IMG/VR virus record: IMGVR_UViG_3300012667_000244
Coordinates: 1-64,000 of that record
Strand: one strand, 5' to 3'
DNA: 64,000 bases
Source of the DNA: a virus
Taxonomy: Duplodnaviria; Caudoviricetes
The notes below the pieces were generated by a model that saw nothing but the letters and a program-made list of their open reading frames with translations, was not told where the DNA came from and ran no database searches. Positions 58,520 through 64,000 of the stretch are shown here, in pieces (positions within the stretch are counted from its first letter, which is position 1; every line of letters starts with the position of its first letter). Position numbers and translations under genes: made by a program.

Positions 58520-59236
58520 GTGATTTGTAGTCTTAAATGGTTTACCAACAAACGCATAGTCCAATTGGTGCATAATCTTTTTCTTCATTTGGCGAATTTT
58601 TGGATGGTTGTGATTCCAATCAAATGCTGCCAAATATCTGTGATAGGTAGATTTTTTATGCTTTTTGGCTTTCATGCTATCCATATACTTTTGGATAGTT
58701 AGCTTATCGAGTCCAAAACGATCAATCATATCGCAGGCGATATTGAAACTAAACGCACCCATTTCATCACGGTCACCGTAGTACTCTTGGGTAACTCTTT
58801 GCTTGTGTAAGTAGGCTGTACTTTCATATCCCGGAATTGCTTTGAAGTTTCTACTGCGGTATTGGCGCATGTGGATAACTTCGTGTAGGATTGTATCAGC
58901 AAAGATTGAGCACAATCTATTCCAACGATATTCTGTTAGTTTGACTACAGTATCTAACGGATGATAGCTCAGCACTATTTCAATAAAGCGGGTGTACCCT
59001 TGTTTATCGTAGTCAGAATAATAAGCTCCACCCATATAAACTAGGCCACGCTTTTGACTTGAGTCTCGTTGTTTGCGTACCACCTTAACAGGAAGGTGCG
59101 ATTTAATATGCGTACTTAATATTTTTTGTAGGGTCTTAACTTCGATCTTTTTGCCAACAATTTCTTTACCTACGCTGTAAAGCATAGTGTGCAAGTTATA
59201 TCGGTCCAACAAGCTCCAGTTAAAATCCTTACGCAT
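58508..59236 (-). CDS. HExxH putative metallopeptidase
   Basis: ILHEVIHMRQY...YY...DEMGA. Confidence 0.55.
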   Translation of the reverse strand: MRKDFNWSLLDRYNLHTMLYSVGKEIVGKKIEVKTLQKILSTHIKSHLPVKVVRKQRDSSQKRGLVYMGGAYYSDYDKQGYTRFIEIVLSYHPLDTVVKLTEYRWNRLCSIFADTILHEVIHMRQYRSRNFKAIPGYESTAYLHKQRVTQEYYGDRDEMGAFSFNIACDMIDRFGLDKLTIQKYMDSMKAKKHKKSTYHRYLAAFDWNHNHPKIRQMKKKIMHQLDYAFVGKPFKTTNHLTY

Positions 59237-59286
59237 CTTAATCTCCGAGTGGGCACTATTATTTAGTAACCCACTCTGAAATCAAT

Positions 59287-59907
59287 TTATGGGCGTTTTG
59301 AGATAACTTTATCAGCTAAACCGTAGGCTACAGCCTCGTCCGCACTGAGGAAAGTATCAAATTTCATGGTGTTAAACAGCTCGTCGTACTGTTTGCCCGC
59401 AGTATTGTGACGCACATACAGTTCTGTTAGGCGTTTGTTAATACGCACTGATTCTTCAAAACTACGCTTTGCGTCTTCAAACTGCAAATCTTGTACATGA
59501 ACGCTACCCCGTGTGCCCGGAGTACCAGAGCTAACACGATGAATCATTGTGCGACTTTCAGGAAGCACGAATCGCTTACCGGCGCATCCTGCTTGTGCGA
59601 GGAAACTACCCATACTGCAAGCCTGTCCAAGGACATAAGTGGCGACATCGGGTTTAATGAATTGCATGGTATCGTAAATAGCAAGGCCAGCAGTAACGGA
59701 CCCACCAGGGCTATTAATAAAGAAAGTAATGTCTTCATTACCTTGACTCTCCAAGAAGAGCAACTGTGCAACAATCACACTAGAAGTATGCTCGTTAACA
59801 TCCGAATCTAGCATTACAATTCGGTCCTTGAGCAAACGACTGTAAATGTCGTAGGCCCGTTCACCTTTTGGTTCTGATTCAATAACCGTTGGGATTAGTC
59901 TTGTCAT
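59287..59907 (-). CDS. clpP: ClpP protease
   Basis: YDIYSRLLKDRI, INSPGG, ACSMG (Ser), MIH (His). Confidence 0.95.
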   Translation of the reverse strand: MTRLIPTVIESEPKGERAYDIYSRLLKDRIVMLDSDVNEHTSSVIVAQLLFLESQGNEDITFFINSPGGSVTAGLAIYDTMQFIKPDVATYVLGQACSMGSFLAQAGCAGKRFVLPESRTMIHRVSSGTPGTRGSVHVQDLQFEDAKRSFEESVRINKRLTELYVRHNTAGKQYDELFNTMKFDTFLSADEAVAYGLADKVISKRP

Positions 59908-59915
59908 TATTTTCC

Positions 59916-60236
59916 TTAAGAGTTTTTAATTGTTTCAAACAATTCACGGCGGTCTCGTTTGAAGAGTGTGTACAGATTGCTAAAAATCGAATACACTAGA
60001 TATAGTATAGCAGAAACCCATCCAACTGTAAAGCCTATAGTTGATCCAAATAGTGCCATAACAGTAAAGCCCATGCCACCAGTCCAGAAAATACTTAAAA
60101 TTATCCAGAGCAGGATTGCCAACGGCGGGTGGCGGCGTAACTCTTCCTTGTAGGCATAGTGCTGTTCAACGACTTTCTCAATGAAGGCCTTTGCAAGCCA
60201 GATTGAGAAAGCCTTAGTTAATCGTAATGCTTTCAT
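59916..60236 (-). CDS. Membrane protein
   Basis: Two TM segments. Confidence 0.7.
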   Translation of the reverse strand: MKALRLTKAFSIWLAKAFIEKVVEQHYAYKEELRRHPPLAILLWIILSIFWTGGMGFTVMALFGSTIGFTVGWVSAILYLVYSIFSNLYTLFKRDRRELFETIKNS

Positions 60237-60778
60237 TGCTCAACTTCTTTAAATGCATCAGCGGAACGCTTCAAAGCCAATTCATTAGACTTAGCTTGTT
60301 CTTTAGTTTTACGCAAGATGTTAGCATCACCTGTAGGTAGTACGATTTCGACATAAGTGTAATACTTGGTGCCTACTAGGAACACTTCTTTCTTACCTGG
60401 TTCAATACCAGTAATGTCAGTCTTGTTACATGCACTGACAATAACTTGTTCACTAACTGTGTTATCGTTAGTCTGGTAAACACGACCACGCTTGCTAACA
60501 GTTCCGCCTGCACTCATACAGATCTTACCATAAGCAAAGTTCTTAGCTAGGAACTCGGAATGTTCACGGCTCTTAGATTCGGCCATACCGTAGGCATAGA
60601 CCGCTGAGTTACTGATACGGGGATTGTCTTTAAACCAACCGGGAGTTTGTTTGAAAGCCTTTTCTGCCATGCGTTCTTCACGCTCACGCTCTGCGTCGGC
60701 TCGTTTAGCATACGGATCTGTAGTACCACAAGCGGTCAACAGGGCGATAAGTGGAAGTGCAATTAGAAACTTTTTCAT
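60233..60778 (-). CDS. Lipoprotein (LPP20-like)
   Basis: Lipobox LTAC; P.WF and YAYG.A.S motifs. Confidence 0.7.
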   Translation of the reverse strand: MKKFLIALPLIALLTACGTTDPYAKRADAEREREERMAEKAFKQTPGWFKDNPRISNSAVYAYGMAESKSREHSEFLAKNFAYGKICMSAGGTVSKRGRVYQTNDNTVSEQVIVSACNKTDITGIEPGKKEVFLVGTKYYTYVEIVLPTGDANILRKTKEQAKSNELALKRSADAFKEVEQ

Positions 60779-60779
60779 T

Positions 60780-60902
60780 TTATTTTCCGTTCATTTTGTC
60801 TTTTGTCCATTCGGCGGACGATTGAATGTCTTTACCAATGCCGGCTACAGTGGAGCAAGCAGACAACATGGTAACCAAAAATAATGCTAGAACTACTTTC
60901 AT
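60780..60902 (-). CDS. Entericidin A/B-family lipoprotein (40 aa)
   Basis: Missing from the track: MKVVLALFLVTMLSACSTVAGIGKDIQSSAEWTKDKMNGK. Confidence 0.8.
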   Translation of the reverse strand: MKVVLALFLVTMLSACSTVAGIGKDIQSSAEWTKDKMNGK

Positions 60903-60917
60903 GCTACTTTCTTTCTT

Positions 60918-61064
60918 TTAGTAAACTTCGCCCATACCGATTACATCATTTGCACCATATTGGCGCTTGAGAATTTCTGCACCTTCATTGATTGAAGTTG
61001 CTTTGAAAGTCGTATCAAAAGTACGATCTGACAAATAAACTCGATATCTAAATTCAACTAACAT
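60918..61064 (-). CDS. Small hypothetical protein (48 aa, MLVEFRYRV...)
   Basis: Missing from the track; AAGGAG SD; first gene after the promoter. Confidence 0.7.
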   Translation of the reverse strand: MLVEFRYRVYLSDRTFDTTFKATSINEGAEILKRQYGANDVIGMGEVY

Positions 61065-61093
61065 AGTAACTCCTTTTGTGTTTGTATGTGTAT

Positions 61094-61122
61094 ATTATAA
61101 CGCAAAACGAGTTCTGCGTCAA
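61094..61122 (-). promoter_or_regulatory. sigma70 promoter TTGACG-17-TATAAT
   Basis: Read directly. Confidence 0.75.
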
Positions 61123-61139
61123 CTTCTTTTGGCTAGATT

Positions 61140-61535
61140 TTAAGAGCCCGTTTGGCGACAACTGACCGTGGCTTTACTCTCGAAAGTTCCGCCCAAATCC
61201 AAAAGTAGATTTTTTCGAGCCCGTTCTCTAGCATAGTAGCAAAGGCTTTCGAGCTGTTCTAGCCCATTTTCTGTTTCTTCCAAATGATAAGTTTTACCGT
61301 CAACAGTTAAATCAAATCGGACAGTACAAGTACCAATAGCACCTTCTTCGTCCTTTTCCTTAACCAAATTGGTAATTTTACCTACTTGTCGTTCGCTTAC
61401 TAGATTACTAGAAGTATCAACAACACAACCGTTTTCGTCAGGTTGTCGAACCTCTGATTGTTGCACAGGTGCTTCTTGTGGAATTGGCCCACAAGCTGTT
61501 AGCATTACTGCCAACAACAATAGAACATATTTCAT
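61140..61535 (-). CDS. Lipoprotein
   Basis: Lipobox LTAC; four further Cys. Confidence 0.7.
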   Translation of the reverse strand: MKYVLLLLAVMLTACGPIPQEAPVQQSEVRQPDENGCVVDTSSNLVSERQVGKITNLVKEKDEEGAIGTCTVRFDLTVDGKTYHLEETENGLEQLESLCYYARERARKNLLLDLGGTFESKATVSCRQTGS

Positions 61536-61963
61536 TTGTAGCTTTCATCAAGTTTCACATTAGTAAGTCCGGCAACAGTTTGGAACTTATCCCATGCTGC
61601 CTTAGCAGTTGGATTTGCCGCTAGCTCTGAGTTTGGCAACACTGCTTCTAACCAAATTTCCGGACGACGAGTAGGGTGTGCGCCGAACTGTCGTGGCTGA
61701 TGCATCTTACCGCTGTCGTATAGATTTCGTGTAACATTACGGAACTGTAACTCAGCATCGGCTGGATAGTTGGCCCATTCTGGGGCACTCCACAAGCTAC
61801 CAACAGTTTGACCGCCGCCGTATCCTTGCCAAATGCTAGTCCATTGTTCGTCATTGTGCGGATCAAAATCTGTCCGTGTAATAACGACTAGAACATCTTC
61901 AATATCTACAGCACCGTCTACGATGTCACGAACGCAACGGCTATAACTAAGTCCAATTTTCAT
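61532..61963 (-). CDS. Hypothetical protein
   Basis: MKIGLSYSRCVRDI...GKMHQPR. Confidence 0.75.
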   Translation of the reverse strand: MKIGLSYSRCVRDIVDGAVDIEDVLVVITRTDFDPHNDEQWTSIWQGYGGGQTVGSLWSAPEWANYPADAELQFRNVTRNLYDSGKMHQPRQFGAHPTRRPEIWLEAVLPNSELAANPTAKAAWDKFQTVAGLTNVKLDESYK

Positions 61964-62197
61964 TTATCTTCCAGTCTGTGTGTATGATATAGTAGGTCCA
62001 GCACTTTCAATGTCCATCCCAGCACTTCTGCCTTCGTAGCATTTACCGTTCCATCTTAGCTTTAATTTTACACTCTTATTCAGGATGATGTCAAGTGTTT
62101 GTTCAAAAATAAATTGATCCACTACTGCTTCCACAGTTTTGGAATTTATAGACATTTTGACTTGACAAGTATCACTGTGCCGAAGTAGTGTCGCCAT
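61964..62197 (-). CDS. Hypothetical protein
   Basis: Probable start MATLLRHS. Confidence 0.65.
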   Translation of the reverse strand: MATLLRHSDTCQVKMSINSKTVEAVVDQFIFEQTLDIILNKSVKLKLRWNGKCYEGRSAGMDIESAGPTISYTQTGR

Positions 62198-62528
62198 TTT
62201 CTTCCCCGATTGTAATGTTAACCGTTTTGATACCATCCCAACGGAAGCTCTTCCACGCCTTGCTTTCCAAATCATAAACGGGCATGACATCCTCGTTTAC
62301 TTTCTTTTCTTTTTTGGGCACTGGAAAATCAATAGGGTTATCTGTATTTGTAACATGTACCTTTTCTTCCACCAATGGAACTAGTTCGGTACTAGTTGTG
62401 CATTTCATTACACGCTCAGTACCGTCCTTCTTTGTAAAAGTTACGACAACTTCTCCCATTTGAAGCATACTCTTAAGCCAGGGCTTGAGTGCTTCAAGAT
62501 CCGTTACATCAGTTTTGATGTTATTCAT
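62172..62528 (-). CDS. SH3/WYL_2-like (DUF2693-type) protein
   Basis: VTFTKKDGTERVMKCT...VYDLE.KAWKSFR. Confidence 0.7.
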   Translation of the reverse strand: MNNIKTDVTDLEALKPWLKSMLQMGEVVVTFTKKDGTERVMKCTTSTELVPLVEEKVHVTNTDNPIDFPVPKKEKKVNEDVMPVYDLESKAWKSFRWDGIKTVNITIGEENGDTTSAQ

Positions 62529-62686
62529 TATTTGGCTTCTTTCGCTTCAAGTTCGTTAACACGAGCAGTCAGGCGCACGATTTCACCTTCCAACTTTTCG
62601 ATGTGTTCTGCTACCTGCTCCATAAAGCCCTTGTTGTTGTCGCCAAGCGCTCGAAGCATTGCAGGCACTGTAATTTTATCTGTCAT
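62528..62686 (-). CDS. Small coiled-coil protein
   Basis: Probable start MTDKITV after GGAG. Confidence 0.6.
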   Translation of the reverse strand: MTDKITVPAMLRALGDNNKGFMEQVAEHIEKLEGEIVRLTARVNELEAKEAK

Positions 62687-62687
62687 T

Positions 62688-63542
62688 TTAAATCTCCAAA
62701 ATTTTAGTAGGATCCCAGCCAGTGTTCTCGCTGTATCCGTCGTTTTCGTAACCACGGGGGTTACATACTACTCTTGTTTCACCAATCATGTAATCAAAAG
62801 GGTGATGTGTATGTCCATGTGTCCACAGTTTAATCTGCGGGTGATCCAAAATGAACTCACTCAAGTCACTGTGGTAGCCACCGTTCATCAAAGTTTCATG
62901 AGCGTAGCTTTCATGCACACTTTGGAAACTTGGACTGTGATGTCCGACCACAACAAACTTCTTGTCATGCTGTTCAGCCAATACTGTTCTAAAGTATTGC
63001 AAAGTCCTAGCATGACGTCCTACAACATCTCTAGCACTCATCGCGGCATAGTTACGCTTATCGTTGCGGATGATACGGAAGTCGTTCATCATACCTTCAA
63101 TGGCATGCATAGTCAAAGGATCGCCTTTGTTCATGTCAGTCCACAAAGTACCACCGATGAAAGTAACATCATCAATAACTTTAGTATCGCACTCAAGGAA
63201 GTGAATGTTAGTATGCTTGGCACATTCGTCACGCAGGTAGTCGATGCCAGCATAGAACTTACCGTTGTAGAACTCGTGATTGCCGGCAACATAGATAACA
63301 TCTTTAAACTGGAATGAGCAACGCTTCAGGAAATCACGGAAGCGAGCTACTCGTTGCATCTTACGGCTAAGGTCTGCCAATGCTCCACTGCTGTATGGAT
63401 TAAAGTCAGCGGCGTGGTGGTCGTGCAGATCCTGGGCAATCATAATGTCACCGCCCAAAATTAGTACATCAGCTCCTTCGTTATTGTTTACAAAACAATC
63501 CGAAAATTCCAAATGTAAATCACTAACTAATTTAATTTTCAT
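62688..63542 (-). CDS. Calcineurin-like metallophosphoesterase
   Basis: SDLH, GD, GNHE, HH, HGHTH. Confidence 0.9.
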   Translation of the reverse strand: MKIKLVSDLHLEFSDCFVNNNEGADVLILGGDIMIAQDLHDHHAADFNPYSSGALADLSRKMQRVARFRDFLKRCSFQFKDVIYVAGNHEFYNGKFYAGIDYLRDECAKHTNIHFLECDTKVIDDVTFIGGTLWTDMNKGDPLTMHAIEGMMNDFRIIRNDKRNYAAMSARDVVGRHARTLQYFRTVLAEQHDKKFVVVGHHSPSFQSVHESYAHETLMNGGYHSDLSEFILDHPQIKLWTHGHTHHPFDYMIGETRVVCNPRGYENDGYSENTGWDPTKILEI

Positions 63543-63574
63543 TTTCTGCTTTCAATAATTCTCTATTTGCATGT

Positions 63575-63603
63575 ATTATAACATACATTGTTTTGAGCGT
63601 CAA
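63575..63603 (-). promoter_or_regulatory. sigma70 promoter TTGACG-17-TATAAT
   Basis: Read directly. Confidence 0.75.
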
Positions 63604-63604
63604 C

Positions 63605-64000
63605 CTACATTTCCAAGCCGTCTTTACGGGCTTGTTCTTCAATACGCTCATTGCGTTCTTGTTCGTGCTTATCGCATAATGTACGCACCCAACCACCCCC
63701 ACGGCGCTTGCCAATGCCGCCGCAATCTTCGCAAGCAATACCTGCCCACGATTCTGCCATAGACACTAGTCCAGCAATGTATTCATCGCCACCTTCGTAG
63801 TAGAAACGAAGCCCACCAAACTTTTCTTTAACTTGCTGGACAACAACTTGTGGGCAAACTTCAGTTTCTCTGTTTTTAAATTCGATATGTTGCTGAATGC
63901 TGGAACTTAATCTTTCAATGATAGGGTACCAACCTTTGCCCACAGCAAAGCCGCCGTATTTGCCACCGTACATTTTTGGATAAGACTTTTCCAATCGTTT
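63605..64000 (-). CDS. Hypothetical protein, 5' end probably outside the window
   Basis: QVKEKFGGLRFY and CEDCG motifs. Confidence 0.7.
   Translation of the reverse strand, partial: KRLEKSYPKMYGGKYGGFAVGKGWYPIIERLSSSIQQHIEFKNRETEVCPQVVVQQVKEKFGGLRFYYEGGDEYIAGLVSMAESWAGIACEDCGGIGKRRGGGWVRTLCDKHEQERNERIEEQARKDGLEM

Noticed and set aside
63532-63738. 68-aa minus-strand ORF bridging two genes
   Set aside because: It overlaps the upstream gene out of frame and spans a consensus promoter.

Overview
This 64-kb window comes from a large (probably jumbo) T4-related tailed phage of a Gram-negative host. It is densely coding, mostly on the minus strand, and uses the standard genetic code. Replication genes include PolB, a PCNA-like clamp, an RFC-like clamp loader, an ATP-dependent ligase and a DnaE fragment. 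A TGT/DpdA-family transglycosylase and QueD point to 7-deazaguanine metabolism. There is also a block of putative head-internal/ejection proteins, a proteostasis set (ClpA, ClpP, DnaJ, GroES), a lysis cassette (GH19 endolysin, spanins, holin) and baseplate/tail-fibre genes including a 3406-aa protein. Accessory genes include phoH, dCMP deaminase, uvsE, a radical SAM protein, a MazG-like enzyme, a metallophosphoesterase and lipoproteins. Two promoter classes are visible: near-consensus sigma70 promoters and a T4-late-like TAAATA motif. The most interesting signals are (1) a preQ1-I-like pseudoknot directly behind a perfect sigma70 promoter in the queD leader, (2) a cluster of proteins with capsid-targeting-like N-termini and repeated protease-site-like motifs, including a ligase-like plus HxGH nucleotidyltransferase pair, (3) phycobiliprotein-like CxRD repeats in the giant virion protein, and (4) structured leaders on polB and phoH. 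All calls rest on motif recognition by eye; no searches were run.
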